From Coriobacteriaceae bacterium (GTDB lineage: Bacteria; Actinomycetota; Coriobacteriia; Coriobacteriales; Coriobacteriaceae), in NCBI GenBank assembly GCA_015062655.1, contig SUUG01000004.1:1140-65139 (forward strand): DNA of 64,000 nt, written 5' to 3'. The notes beneath the pieces were generated by a model. The model worked only from the letters and a program-made list of their open reading frames with translations. It was not told the origin of the DNA and did no database searches. Position 1 is the stretch's first letter. Every line of letters begins with the position of its first letter. This document shows, one piece after another, positions 9,031-19,398 of this stretch. Position numbers and translations under genes: made by a program.

Positions 9031-10374
9031 TCAGGCCGCGTCCAGATCGGTCGCCTTCGGAACCTCGAACAGTTCCTCCCCCGCAGCCGCGCCCGGCTCG
9101 CCCGTGAAGAACCGCACGACCCGGTCCGCCTGAACGAGCAGCCATTCCAGCGGATTCGGCCCCGCCTGGTCCTCGGCCGCGATGAGCTTCACGCTCGCCA
9201 GGGTGCGCCCGCCCTGTTCGGCGCTGAGCGTCCCGACCTCCTCGCCGCGGCGCACGCCGCCGTTCACAGGATTGAGCGAGGCAGCCATCTTGACCTCGCC
9301 GGCCAAGCTGAACACGGCGACCGTCGCCGACGGGTCCTCCACGGTGACGTCGACCGTCCGGTCGGACCAGGCCTCATTGGTCACGCGTGCCACGAGCGGC
9401 GAGCCGTCCGCCGTGGTCTTCACGGTTGTGACCAGCGGGTAGGCAGCCATATGGTTGTAATACCAGGAGGCCACGGTGCGGGTGTCGGCCCAGCGCTGGG
9501 CGTCGCCGTCGCTTCCGAGCGTCACCGTGTACACCTCGCCACCGAGATCCCTTTTGAACGCGCCGACGAAGCACTGCAGCGCGATATAGGTCCCGCCCGT
9601 CTTACCGCCGATGTTGCCATCCTGGCCCCGCAGCTCGTTGCGGTCTTTGAGCGTGATGGATCGGTTCGCCCCGTCTTTGCCGCGCACGGTGATGACGCGG
9701 TCGGCGTCCCCGTCGATGGCGCGGAAGTCCTCGCTTTTCATCGCGTGGGCGAACATCGTTGCGACGTCGCGGGCCGTGGAGTGCATATCGGCCTCCCAGC
9801 CGTCGAAATCGAGGCCGTGCGGGTTGGTGAACAGGCTGTGCTCCATGCCGAGCTCTTTGGCCTTGGCGTTCATCGCGTCGATGAAGGTGTCGTAGGGATC
9901 GCTCGAAGACGGGTCGATCTTTCTGCCCACACTCGTGGCGATTGCCATGGCCGCGTCGTTGCCCGATGCCATGAGCAGGGCTTTGAGGGCGACGGAGAGC
10001 GGCATGGTGTCGCCCTCCTCGAGGTCGGCCGAGGACTGGCCGACGGTCGCCGCCGCGTGATCCACGGTGATCGTGTCGGTGACGTCGGCGTTCTCGAGCG
10101 CCACGATCGCGGTCATGACCTTGGTAATCGAAGCGATCTTGAGCTCGGTGTCGGCCTCGCGCTCGAAATAGACCGTGCCGTCCTGCCCGACGACGATCGA
10201 GGCCTTCGCCTCGATATCGGGGAGGTCCGACTCGGCGAAAGCGCCCGTGGAGGCCGCGGTGCCGCAGATGAGATCGGCGTCCAGGCGGCTCGCAAAGGCG
10301 GGCACGGGCAGGCAGACGAGGCCGGCCGCGAGACTGAGGGCGGCGAGCAGGCGCGAAGGGTGGAGATGGGGCAT
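9031..10374 (-). CDS. D-alanyl-D-alanine carboxypeptidase (peptidase S11, DacA-like)
   Basis: Signal peptide; penicillin-binding motifs SITK (SxxK), SGN (SxN), KTG all intact. Confidence 0.92.
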   Translation of the reverse strand: MPHLHPSRLLAALSLAAGLVCLPVPAFASRLDADLICGTAASTGAFAESDLPDIEAKASIVVGQDGTVYFEREADTELKIASITKVMTAIVALENADVTDTITVDHAAATVGQSSADLEEGDTMPLSVALKALLMASGNDAAMAIATSVGRKIDPSSSDPYDTFIDAMNAKAKELGMEHSLFTNPHGLDFDGWEADMHSTARDVATMFAHAMKSEDFRAIDGDADRVITVRGKDGANRSITLKDRNELRGQDGNIGGKTGGTYIALQCFVGAFKRDLGGEVYTVTLGSDGDAQRWADTRTVASWYYNHMAAYPLVTTVKTTADGSPLVARVTNEAWSDRTVDVTVEDPSATVAVFSLAGEVKMAASLNPVNGGVRRGEEVGTLSAEQGGRTLASVKLIAAEDQAGPNPLEWLLVQADRVVRFFTGEPGAAAGEELFEVPKATDLDAA

Positions 10375-10416
10375 GGGCGCTCCTCAAATCGAGACGCAGC
10401 GGTGCATATGACCCCC

Positions 10417-10422
10417 ATTATA
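10417..10422 (-). promoter_or_regulatory. Consensus -10 box (TATAAT) for the carboxypeptidase gene
   Basis: TATAAT on the minus strand about 40 bp upstream of ATG 10374; GAGGAG RBS present. Confidence 0.55.
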
Positions 10423-10552
10423 ACGGGGAGCGCGGGAGCGGCGAAAACGCGCCCGGCAGGGCCGAACCGGCGCCCGTCGCAAACGCAGGTCCGAAAGGCA
10501 AGGTGCCCCACCAGGGCGAAGCGCCGCGCCGGAGGAAGACGCCCTCGTCCCC

Positions 10553-11533
10553 CTACCCGAACAGCCGCACCGCGTTTCCCCATGCCGCGCGCTGGATCGC
10601 GGCGGGGTCCTCCCCGGTGCGCGCGGCCCGGTCGCGTGCGAGGGCGTCGGCGGTGAAGGTGACCATGGCCGGCTCGCACTCGGACCCGCGCAGGGGCATC
10701 GGGGCCATATAGGGGCAGTCGGTCTCGAAAAGGATCCGGTCGAGCGGCGTGGCGGCGAAGGCCTCGCGCACCCCCTCGTTCCGGTTGAACGTGGCCGCCC
10801 CGCCGTAGGCGATATGGCAACCGAGCTCGCACGCCCGCTCCATCGTGGCCCGATCCTCGCCGAAGCAGTGGAGCACGCACCCCGCACGAGGCACGCCCAC
10901 GTCCGCGAGCACGCGGAAGGCGTCCGCATGGGCCGCGCGGGCCGTATCGCCGGCGGCGTTCCTCAGATGGAGCTCGACCGGCAGGTCGCCCTCTGCGGCG
11001 ATCGAGAGCTGCCGGGAGAACACCTCGATCTGCAGGCCGCGCGGGGCGGGTTCCACCCGGTCATCGAGGTCGACGTGGTAGTCGAGGCCGATCTCGCCGA
11101 TGCCCGCGCAGAGGTCGTCGACGAGGGCGGCGTAAAGTACGGCCTCGATCTCATCCGTGTACGCAGGCGCCCCATAGGGGTGGACGCCCACAAGGTAGCG
11201 CACCCGGTCGATGAGGGCGGACGGGTCATCGACCGCCGCGCCCGCACCCTCGCCCTCGGCGATGAGGCGCCGCGCGTCCGCGAGCCAGGAGCGGAGCCGG
11301 ACCTGGAAGTCCGGGAGCCCCATGTCGTCTCCCACGGGGTCGAAGAGCGTGGTCAGCTGCCGCACGCCGACGAGCGCCGCGCGGGCGAGGCAGGAGGCGG
11401 GGTCCTTCTCCCAGAAGCAGGTGAGGTGGGCGTGGGTGTCGGCGAGCGGGGCGAGGGGGACCGGCGCAGGGTATCCCCGGACTCGGTTTCGGGACCGCTT
11501 GCAGAAGACGAGGGGCTCAAGGGCTCCGCTCAC
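10553..11533 (-). CDS. tatD: TatD-family hydrolase
   Basis: DTHAH, GEIGLDY, ELHLR, LHCF, FETDCPY motifs; start overlaps the trpA stop. Confidence 0.9.
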   Translation of the reverse strand: MSGALEPLVFCKRSRNRVRGYPAPVPLAPLADTHAHLTCFWEKDPASCLARAALVGVRQLTTLFDPVGDDMGLPDFQVRLRSWLADARRLIAEGEGAGAAVDDPSALIDRVRYLVGVHPYGAPAYTDEIEAVLYAALVDDLCAGIGEIGLDYHVDLDDRVEPAPRGLQIEVFSRQLSIAAEGDLPVELHLRNAAGDTARAAHADAFRVLADVGVPRAGCVLHCFGEDRATMERACELGCHIAYGGAATFNRNEGVREAFAATPLDRILFETDCPYMAPMPLRGSECEPAMVTFTADALARDRAARTGEDPAAIQRAAWGNAVRLFG

Positions 11534-12321
11534 GCGGCATGCACCGCCTCGGCCATGCGGGACACGAGCTCGCCCACCGGTCCCGCGGCATCCTCTCCGT
11601 GGCGCTCGATCAGCCCCACGATCGCCGACCCCACGATGGCCCCGTCCGAGAGGGCGGCCATGGCCGCCGCCTGCTCGGGCGTGGAGATGCCGAACCCAAC
11701 GGCCACCGGCGTGTCCGTGACCTCGCGGACGAGGGCCACCATCGAGGCGATGTCGGTCGTGATCCGCTCGCGCGTGCCGGTGACGCCCAGCGAGCTCACG
11801 CAGTACACGAACCCGCTCGCGGAGCGCGCGATCTGCCGGATGCGCTCATGGGAGGTCGGGGCTATCAGACTCACCAGATCGATCCCGCGCTCCGCGAGCG
11901 GGAGGGAGAACTCCTCCTTCTCCTCGAAGGGGACATCGGGAAGGATGAGCCCGTCCATCCCGAGCGCGGCCTGGGCATCGGCGAAGCGCTCGATCCCATA
12001 GGAGTGCACCACGTTCGCGTAGGTCATGAAGGCGAGCGGCACGTCCGTGCGCCGACGCACGCGGGAGACGAGTGCGAAGACGTCATCGGTCGTCACGCCC
12101 TGGGCGCGGGCGCGGAGGTTCGCCCCTTGGATCACCGGGCCCTCCGCCATCGGATCCGAGAACGGGATCCCCAGCTCGATCAGGTCGGCACCTGCCTCGG
12201 CCATCTGGACGACGAGCTCCTCCGACACGGGCAACGTGGGATCGCCGACGGTGACAAACGGTATGAACGCCTTCCTGGGGGCGCCCCGGCCGTCCGTGAA
12301 AGCGCGTGCAATGTTACTCAT
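11530..12321 (-). CDS. trpA: Tryptophan synthase alpha chain
   Basis: [39 protein letters not shown]. Confidence 0.97.
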   Translation of the reverse strand: MSNIARAFTDGRGAPRKAFIPFVTVGDPTLPVSEELVVQMAEAGADLIELGIPFSDPMAEGPVIQGANLRARAQGVTTDDVFALVSRVRRRTDVPLAFMTYANVVHSYGIERFADAQAALGMDGLILPDVPFEEKEEFSLPLAERGIDLVSLIAPTSHERIRQIARSASGFVYCVSSLGVTGTRERITTDIASMVALVREVTDTPVAVGFGISTPEQAAAMAALSDGAIVGSAIVGLIERHGEDAAGPVGELVSRMAEAVHAA

Positions 12322-13513
12322 GAAGGTCCTCTCCCCGGTAGCGGGCGATCGCGGCGACGTCCTTGTCCCCGCGGCCCGAAAGCGTGACGATGATGGTCTG
12401 GTCGGCGTCCATGGTCGGGGCGAGCGTCATCGCGTGCGCCACGGCGTGCGCGCTCTCGATGGCCGGGATCACGCCCTCCATGCGGCTCAGATACTCGAAA
12501 GCCTCCACCGCCGCATCGTCGGTGACCGGTACGTACTCCGCGCGGCCCGCGTCGGCGAGGGCCGCGTGCTCGGGCCCCACGCCCGGGTAGTCGAGGCCCG
12601 CGCTGATGGAGTACACGGGGGCTATCTGGCCGTAGGCGTCCTGGCAGAAGTAGCTCTTCATCCCATGGAAGATGCCGACGGAGCCCACGGTCACGGTGGC
12701 CGCGGTCTCCGCGGTGTCCGCACCGCGCCCCGCGGCCTCGCAGCCGATCAGGCGCACCCCCTCATCTTCGATGAAGTGGTAGAAGCTCCCGATCGCGTTG
12801 GAGCCGCCGCCCACGCAGGCGAGGACGGCGTCGGGCAGGCGTCCCGTCTCGGCCAGGCACTGCTCGCGGGCCTCCCGTGAGATCACCGCCTGGAAATCGC
12901 GCACCATGGTCGGGAACGGGTGAGGACCCATGACCGAGCCCAGGCAGTAGTGGGTGTCGTCGATGCGCGCCGTCCACTCCCGGAAGGTCTCCGAGACCGC
13001 ATCCTTGAGCGTGCCGGTGCCGCTCGACACCCCGCGCACCTCCGCGCCGAGCAGACGCATGCGGTAGACGTTCAGCGCCTGCCGCTCCATGTCCTCGACG
13101 CCCATGTAGACCACGCACTCCATGCCCATCAGCGCCGCCGCCGTGGCCGTGGCCACGCCGTGCTGGCCCGCGCCCGTCTCGGCGATGAGGCGCGTCTTCC
13201 CCATGCGGCGGGCGAGCAGAGCCTGCCCGAGCACGTTGTTGATCTTGTGGGCGCCGGTGTGGTTCAGATCCTCGCGTTTGAGGTAGATGCGGGCGCCGCC
13301 GAGATCGCGGGTCATGTTGGCGGCGTAGTAGAGGAGCGAAGGGCGTCCGGCGTAGTCATTCAGCAGCGCGCTCAGCTCCGCAGTGAACGCGGAATCCCCC
13401 TTATAGCGCTCATAGGCCTCCTCGAGCTCCATGACCGCGCTCATCAGGGTCTCGGGGATGTACTGCCCGCCGTGGACACCGAAGCGCCCACGGGAGCTTC
13501 TCGAATTGCTCAT
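12314..13513 (-). CDS. trpB: Tryptophan synthase beta chain
   Basis: [16 protein letters not shown] (PLP lysine), [32 protein letters not shown]; ATG 13513 overlaps the trpF stop. Confidence 0.97.
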   Translation of the reverse strand: MSNSRSSRGRFGVHGGQYIPETLMSAVMELEEAYERYKGDSAFTAELSALLNDYAGRPSLLYYAANMTRDLGGARIYLKREDLNHTGAHKINNVLGQALLARRMGKTRLIAETGAGQHGVATATAAALMGMECVVYMGVEDMERQALNVYRMRLLGAEVRGVSSGTGTLKDAVSETFREWTARIDDTHYCLGSVMGPHPFPTMVRDFQAVISREAREQCLAETGRLPDAVLACVGGGSNAIGSFYHFIEDEGVRLIGCEAAGRGADTAETAATVTVGSVGIFHGMKSYFCQDAYGQIAPVYSISAGLDYPGVGPEHAALADAGRAEYVPVTDDAAVEAFEYLSRMEGVIPAIESAHAVAHAMTLAPTMDADQTIIVTLSGRGDKDVAAIARYRGEDLHE

Positions 13514-14151
13514 ACCGACCTTCCTCTCGCCGCCGCGACGGCGGCCTTCATCTTCTCCGGATCCTTGACGCCATCCGTCTCGATCCCGCTGCTCATGTCC
13601 ACGCCCCACGGGCTGACCTCGCGAATCGCCTCTGCCAACGTCTCGGGTGCGAGCCCCCCGGCCAAGAGGAAGGGGCGCGTGACGGGCGCGGCGAGCGACC
13701 AGTCGAAGGCGGTACCCGATCCCTGGCCCGCATCCAGCAGGACGAGGTCGGCGTGGCTCTCCTCGATACGAACCGCGTCCGCGGGGACGCGCGGCCGAAA
13801 CGCCTGGATGATACGGACCCCGCGCGGGAGGCGACCGCGGAGCGCATCGATATAGGGTCGGTTCTCGTTCCCGTGGAGCTGGACGAGATCAAGGCCCGCC
13901 GCCTCCGCCGCCCGCGCCACATAGGGGATGGGGGCGTTCACGAAGACGCCGACGCGGCCGATGCGCGAACGGGCGGCCTCAGCGGACTCGATGGCGTCCA
14001 TAAGCGAGCAGAGCTCGACCAGACGCTCCACGCTGACGCTTCGCGGCGAGGAGGGGACCTCCACCACGAAACCGCACAGGTCCGGCGCGGCGTCGACCAC
14101 GGCGGGGATGTCCTCATCCCTGAACATCCCGCAGAGCTTCACCCGGGTCAT
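13510..14151 (-). CDS. trpF: Phosphoribosylanthranilate isomerase
   Basis: [26 protein letters not shown]. Confidence 0.95.
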   Translation of the reverse strand: MTRVKLCGMFRDEDIPAVVDAAPDLCGFVVEVPSSPRSVSVERLVELCSLMDAIESAEAARSRIGRVGVFVNAPIPYVARAAEAAGLDLVQLHGNENRPYIDALRGRLPRGVRIIQAFRPRVPADAVRIEESHADLVLLDAGQGSGTAFDWSLAAPVTRPFLLAGGLAPETLAEAIREVSPWGVDMSSGIETDGVKDPEKMKAAVAAARGRSV

Positions 14152-14975
14152 GACGCACCGCCAACCCCGCGCAGGACGCCGAGCGCCTCCACGCGATCCG
14201 GGGCGCGCATGAGGGTCTCGCCTATCAGGACCGCGTCGATGCCCGCCTCCTCGAGCCGCTCGACATCCGCGCGGCTCGAGACGCCCGACTCCGATACGAA
14301 CAGGCGGCCGGGCCCCACAAGCGGCCGCAGATCGATGCTTCGACCGAAATCGACTTCGAAGGTCTTGAGATCGCGGTTGTTCACCCCGATCACGCGGGCG
14401 CCGGCCGCGAGGGCGCGGGGGACCTCATCTGGCTCGTAGGCCTCGACGAGCGCCGAGAGCCCGAGGTCATGGGCGAGCGCTATGCACGCCGCGAGCTCGG
14501 CGTCGTCTAGAAGCGAGACGATGAGCAGAACCGCCGATGCCCCGATGGCCCGGGCCTGCCACACCATGTACTCGTCCACCACGAAGTCCTTGCGCAGCAC
14601 CGGAATGGACACCGCGTCGGCAACGCGGGCGAGATGGGAGTCGGCTCCCTGGAACCAGGTCGGCTCCGTGAGGCAGCTCACCGCGGCGGCGCCGGCGCGC
14701 TCGTAGTCGAGGGCGATGGCAACCGGGTCGAACGCCCCCGCGGCGATGGCGCCGCGGGAGGGGGACGCGCGCTTCACCTCGCAGATGAAGGACATCCCCG
14801 GACGCGAGAGGGCGCGTTCGAAGGGGTATCCCGGCAAGACGGGAACCGCGCGGGCGCGCTCCCGGAGCTCCGGGAGCGGAAGGGCGGCGCGCTCCGCCGC
14901 CACGCGCTCACGGGTGGCCCCGGCTATGATCTGGAGTATGTTTTCCCTGTTCTCGCGTTCCATGGGCTCACGCAT
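14148..14975 (-). CDS. trpC: Indole-3-glycerol-phosphate synthase
   Basis: [37 protein letters not shown]. Confidence 0.96.
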   Translation of the reverse strand: MREPMERENRENILQIIAGATRERVAAERAALPLPELRERARAVPVLPGYPFERALSRPGMSFICEVKRASPSRGAIAAGAFDPVAIALDYERAGAAAVSCLTEPTWFQGADSHLARVADAVSIPVLRKDFVVDEYMVWQARAIGASAVLLIVSLLDDAELAACIALAHDLGLSALVEAYEPDEVPRALAAGARVIGVNNRDLKTFEVDFGRSIDLRPLVGPGRLFVSESGVSSRADVERLEEAGIDAVLIGETLMRAPDRVEALGVLRGVGGAS

Positions 14976-15993
14976 CCTGGGACGTGGCGACGAGGGAGTC
15001 GAGGGTGCGCAGGGCCGCGCCCGAAACGAGCGCCGCGCGCGCCCGCTCGAGGCCCCCGGCGATATCCGGGGCGATCCCGGCCGCGTAGAGGGCCGCGGCG
15101 GCGTTCAGGAGAGCCGCGTCTCGGCGGGCGCCGACCTCCTCGCCCGCGAGGATGGCCCGGACAAGGGCGGCATTGCCCGCGGGCGTCGATCCGGTGAGGT
15201 CCGCCTTGGAGCACCGCGCGAGGCCGAAGTCCTCGGGCGCGATGGCATAGGTGCGAAGCGCCCCGTCCGAGAGCTCGCAGACGGTGGTCGGGGCGCTGAG
15301 CGAGATCTCGTCCATACCGTCCTGGCCGTGCACCACAAGCGCGTGACGGACCCCGAGGTGCGCCAGCGCAGCCGCGACGGACTCGACCAAGGTCTCATCG
15401 TAGACCCCGAGCAGGAAGAACTCCGGGCGCGCCGGGTTGGTCAGCGGCCCCAAGATGTTGAAGATGGTGCGGAAGCCCAGCTCCCGGCGGATGGGGGCGA
15501 CATAGCGCATGGCCCGGTGGTAGCGCTGGGCGAACAGGAAGGCTATGCCGCAGGTCTCGATGAGGCGCTGCGCGAGCGCGGGATCCTGGTCCAGGTTGAC
15601 CCCGAGGGCCTCCATGCAGTCCGCGGTGCCGCAGGAGGAGCTGGCCGCCCGGTTCCCGTGCTTGGCCACATGCGCCCCCGCCCCGGCGGCGATGAGGGCC
15701 GCCGTGGTGGAGATGTTGAAGGTGTTCGAGCCGTCCCCGCCCGTTCCGACGATCTCGAGCACCTCGAGGCCGGGGTGCTCCACGGGCTCCGCGAGCTCAC
15801 GCATGGCGCGGGCGGCACCCGCGATCTCATCGGCCGTCTCCGCCCGATCCGATTTGGTGGAGAGGGCGGCGAGGAAGGCGGCTATCTGGGTGGGGGTCGC
15901 CTCCCCGCTCATGATCTCCCGCATTGCTGAGAAGGACTCCTCGGCGGTGAGGTCCTCCCCGGTGACAACCTTCGCGATCGCTTCTTTGATCAT
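14968..15993 (-). CDS. trpD: Anthranilate phosphoribosyltransferase
   Basis: [44 protein letters not shown]; ATG 15993 (MIKEAIAK). Confidence 0.96.
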   Translation of the reverse strand: MIKEAIAKVVTGEDLTAEESFSAMREIMSGEATPTQIAAFLAALSTKSDRAETADEIAGAARAMRELAEPVEHPGLEVLEIVGTGGDGSNTFNISTTAALIAAGAGAHVAKHGNRAASSSCGTADCMEALGVNLDQDPALAQRLIETCGIAFLFAQRYHRAMRYVAPIRRELGFRTIFNILGPLTNPARPEFFLLGVYDETLVESVAAALAHLGVRHALVVHGQDGMDEISLSAPTTVCELSDGALRTYAIAPEDFGLARCSKADLTGSTPAGNAALVRAILAGEEVGARRDAALLNAAAALYAAGIAPDIAGGLERARAALVSGAALRTLDSLVATSQDA

Positions 15994-16613
15994 GACAAGC
16001 ATCCTTTCTGGTTGAAGCCGGTCGCACCGTGCGATCGGCAGATGCCGAGGAAGTTCCCGGCGATGCGGGGGCCCTCGGGCGTGAGGATCGATTCCGGATG
16101 GAACTGGACGCCGTAGGTGGGGTGCGCCACATGCCCGACCGCCATGATCCCACCCGAAGCGGCACCCTCGATGCGGGAGATGGGGCGAAGGCACGCGGGC
16201 AGGGTGCCCTCATCGACCTCGAGAGAATGGTATCGTGCGACCGAGATCACCTCGGGGATCCCGCGGAAGAGCGGGGAGGAGGTGTCGACGCGCGAGCGCG
16301 ACGACTTGCCGTGCATCAGCTCGGCGGCATGTACCACCTTGCCCCCCAGGGCCTCGCAGATGGCCTGGTGCCCGAGGCAGACGCCCAAGATGGGGACGCG
16401 GCCGCTGAAGGCGCGGACGAGCTCCTCGCATACGCCCGCCTCCGCTGGCCTCCCCGGGCCCGGGGAGAGCACGATTCCCGCGGGGCCGAGCGATGCGATC
16501 TCCTCGACGCCGAGCTCGTCGTTGCGCACCACGCGGACGCTCGCTCCAAGACCCCCGATCAGCTGATAGAGGTTGTAGGAGAAGCTGTCGTAGTTGTCGA
16601 TGAGAACGATCAT
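15990..16613 (-). CDS. trpG: Anthranilate synthase component II (glutamine amidotransferase)
   Basis: [35 protein letters not shown]; ATG 16613. Confidence 0.95.
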   Translation of the reverse strand: MIVLIDNYDSFSYNLYQLIGGLGASVRVVRNDELGVEEIASLGPAGIVLSPGPGRPAEAGVCEELVRAFSGRVPILGVCLGHQAICEALGGKVVHAAELMHGKSSRSRVDTSSPLFRGIPEVISVARYHSLEVDEGTLPACLRPISRIEGAASGGIMAVGHVAHPTYGVQFHPESILTPEGPRIAGNFLGICRSHGATGFNQKGCLS

Positions 16614-18136
16614 GCGATGCCTCCCTCGGCGACGGAGAGGGCCTCGACGACGGCACGCGCCTTGTTCCGGCATTCCGCGAACTCGCGCGCCGGGTCCGAG
16701 TCGGCGACGATTCCCGCCCCGGACTGCACGCAGACCTCTCCTCCCCTCTTGTAAGCGAGGCGAATCGCGATGCAGGTGTCGAGGTTGCCGGTGAAGTCGA
16801 TGTACCCGATCGCCCCGCCGTAGATACCCCGCCGGGCGCCCTCGAGGTCCTGGATGATCTGGCACGCCCTGATCTTCGGCGCACCCGAGAGCGTGCCGGC
16901 CGGCAGAATGGAGTCGATCACGTCGACCGCATCCCGATCGGACGCGAGGGTGCCCGTGACCGTGGAGCCGATGTGCATCACATGGCTGAACCGCAGGATG
17001 TCATGGTAGGAGGAGACCTCGACGCTTCCCAGCTCGCTTACACGACCCAGGTCGTTCCGCCCGAGGTCCACGAGCATGTTGTGCTCGGCGAGCTCCTTAT
17101 CATCGGCCAGGAGCTCGCGCTCGAGCGCGGCGTCCTCCTCGGGGGTCGCTCCGCGCGGGCGCGTCCCGGCAAGGGGGTAGGTGAAGAGGCGGCCGTCCTC
17201 GAGCCGCACGAGGGTCTCGGGCGAGGCGGCGGCGATCTCGACGTCGTCGCTGGAGAGGAAGACCATGTAGGGAGAGGGATTCGCCGAACGCATGATCCGG
17301 TAGGCGTCGAACAGACTCCCCTCGGCCCGCGCCCTCTGCGGATTGGAGAGGACCACCTGAAAGACGTCCCCCTCGCGGATTCGCTCCTTGGCCGCCGAGA
17401 CCATCTCGGCGAAGCGCAGAGCGTCGTAGCGGCAGGAGAGCTCCTCGAGCAGGCGCAGGGGCTTGAAGGCGTGACGCTGCGTGCCGGCGAGCACCCCCTC
17501 CATCTCATCCAGCTGCCCGAGGGCGCGCTCCCAAGCGGCGTCGACATCGCCCGTCCCCAGGTCGACCGAGGCGATGAGGACCATGCGCTGCCGATAGGAG
17601 TCGAACGCGATCACGCGGTCGAAGAGCATGAGGTCCATGTCGAGGAAGTCGCCGCACTCCAAATCCCCTCGGCTCAGGGAGGGCTCGGCGTACTTGAGGT
17701 AATCGAAGGCGAAGTAGCCCATGAGGCCGCCCGTGAAGGGAGGAAGCCCCTCGATGCGCGGGCTCCGGTGGCGGGCGATGAGCTCGCGCAGGAAGGCGCC
17801 GGGGTGCTCGACGCGGGTGCGCTCCGGCTCGCCCGCGCCCTCGAGGCCGCTCCTGACCGAAAGGACCCCGTCGACGCAGGTGACCTCCATCGTCGGCTTG
17901 AACCCGATGAAGCTGTAACGGCCCCGGCGCTGGTCGGGCTCGGCGCTCTCAAGCAGGAAGCAGTGGTTCGAGACGGCGCGGACGGCACGCAGCGCCTCGA
18001 TGGCGGTGATGCGATCCGATAGCAATTCGCGGGTCACGGGGACGCGCCGATAGCCCCCGTCGCGCGCCCAGGCGCGGACCTCCTCGATGGTGGGCCTCTC
18101 AACCGAGCGCCCCTCCGGCCGCATTCCCTCGCGCAT
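16610..18136 (-). CDS. trpE: Anthranilate synthase component I
   Basis: LLES, ANPSPYM, PLAGTRPRG, KELAEHNMLVDLGRNDL, PAGTLSGAPK, YGGAIG, SGAGIVADS. Confidence 0.96.
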   Translation of the reverse strand: MREGMRPEGRSVERPTIEEVRAWARDGGYRRVPVTRELLSDRITAIEALRAVRAVSNHCFLLESAEPDQRRGRYSFIGFKPTMEVTCVDGVLSVRSGLEGAGEPERTRVEHPGAFLRELIARHRSPRIEGLPPFTGGLMGYFAFDYLKYAEPSLSRGDLECGDFLDMDLMLFDRVIAFDSYRQRMVLIASVDLGTGDVDAAWERALGQLDEMEGVLAGTQRHAFKPLRLLEELSCRYDALRFAEMVSAAKERIREGDVFQVVLSNPQRARAEGSLFDAYRIMRSANPSPYMVFLSSDDVEIAAASPETLVRLEDGRLFTYPLAGTRPRGATPEEDAALERELLADDKELAEHNMLVDLGRNDLGRVSELGSVEVSSYHDILRFSHVMHIGSTVTGTLASDRDAVDVIDSILPAGTLSGAPKIRACQIIQDLEGARRGIYGGAIGYIDFTGNLDTCIAIRLAYKRGGEVCVQSGAGIVADSDPAREFAECRNKARAVVEALSVAEGGIA

Positions 18137-18159
18137 GGTGCACCCCTTCGCCTATGGAG

Positions 18160-18447
18160 GCGGCAAGCGCCCCCGGCCCGATAGAACCCAAGGACGAGCG
18201 ACGTCAACGCCCGCGGTGCCACCTTGGTTCACGGTTTCCCATGCTCTCATACAGGGCGCGCGAACGCCCCGGGCAACTCACGCATGCCCTCCGCGTCGCA
18301 GCCTACTTCGGTATGGGGGGATGCCGCATACCGTTCGGTGCGCCCTCAGCGGCCCACTCATCGTTCTGCATCTCGCCCTGGATCCCACCGCCCCAGGGTC
18401 TCTCTACGCGCATGGACGACTACTTCTCCGCTTCAACGGTTTCTCGA
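18160..18447 (-). ncRNA. T-box riboswitch, Trp-specific
   Basis: Stem I with AGAAGTA, AGAGA and GGTGGGA motifs; specifier GAG-TGG-G (UGG codon at 18354-18356); T-box AACCAAGGTGGCACCGCG (core 18212-18225); TATGAT -10 at 18467-18472. Confidence 0.9.
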
Positions 18448-18516
18448 ATGCCGACAGGTTGGGAGCATCATAACCCAGCGACGCGGACGGCACAAGGCCC
18501 CATCTGTGTCCGAGGG

Positions 18517-19389
18517 CTACCGCACGGACGCCAACCCGGCGGCGAGCCGCACGAAATCGGCCGGGGCGAGCGTCTCCCCGCGGGCGGCGGGAGCGATCCC
18601 GCAGGCGGAGAAGGCGGCGTCGAGCGCGGACTTGTCGAACCCGGCGGCTGCCATGGAGTTCCGGATGGTCTTCCGACGCTGCATGAAGGCCGCATCGATC
18701 ACCCGGGAGACATCCGCGCGCGCAACGCCCTCCGACGGCAGCGGCCCCTCGCCCGGAGCGTGCCGGTCGATCCGCACCACGGCGGAATCCACATGGGGAG
18801 CTGGCATGAAGCAGCGCGGGGGCACCTCGAAGCGGCCCGTCACACGGCCCGTGAGTGCGAGCTTGGCGGTGTAGGCGCCGTAGGCCTTGGTGCCCGGCAC
18901 GGCGGAGATGCGGTCGGCGACCTCCTTCTGCACCATCACCACGGCGGCACGCAGGCCGGGGCGCTCCTCCAGGAAGGAGAGAATGATCGTCGCCGCCACG
19001 TTGTAGGGCAGGTTCGCCACGAGGATCTCGGGCTCGCCGCCGGATGCCTGCGCGACCTCGGCCGCGGAGATCCTCAGCGCATCTCCCATCAGGTAGGAGA
19101 ACGACGGATGCGCGGTCGCGTGGGCCGCGAGCACCGGCTCGAGCTCGGCGTCCATCTCGAGCGAGGTCACGTGCGCGGCCTCCTGAAGCAGTGCCAGCGT
19201 CAGCGTGCCGATCCCCGGGCCCACCTCGAGCACGCGCTCCGTGCCGGAGAGGTCCGCCAGGAGCATGATCCGCTCGATCACATGGTTGTCCACCAGAAAG
19301 TTCTGCCCCAGCCGATGCTTTGTGGCGAGCCCATAGGCGTCGAGCAGCGCCCGCGTGGCGCCCGGGCTCGCAAGCGGGGATGTGGTCAC
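18517..19389 (-). CDS. rsmA: 16S rRNA (A1518/A1519) dimethyltransferase
   Basis: LGQNFL, VLEVGPGIGTLT, VANLPYN, MVQKEVA, PAPHVDS, AFMQRRKT. Confidence 0.96.
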   Translation of the reverse strand: MTTSPLASPGATRALLDAYGLATKHRLGQNFLVDNHVIERIMLLADLSGTERVLEVGPGIGTLTLALLQEAAHVTSLEMDAELEPVLAAHATAHPSFSYLMGDALRISAAEVAQASGGEPEILVANLPYNVAATIILSFLEERPGLRAAVVMVQKEVADRISAVPGTKAYGAYTAKLALTGRVTGRFEVPPRCFMPAPHVDSAVVRIDRHAPGEGPLPSEGVARADVSRVIDAAFMQRRKTIRNSMAAAGFDKSALDAAFSACGIAPAARGETLAPADFVRLAAGLASVR

Positions 19390-19398
19390 CGCGCCCCC

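Noticed and set aside
6158-10374. Functional vancomycin-resistance operon
   Set aside because: No ligase, VanH or VanX in the window; only the regulators and an S11 carboxypeptidase are present.
8137-10656. Long plus-strand ORFs here and at 859-2523, 18154-21267, 25608-27683, 43847-46258 and elsewhere
   Set aside because: Antisense shadow frames of real genes, expected in very GC-rich DNA; no recognisable motifs.
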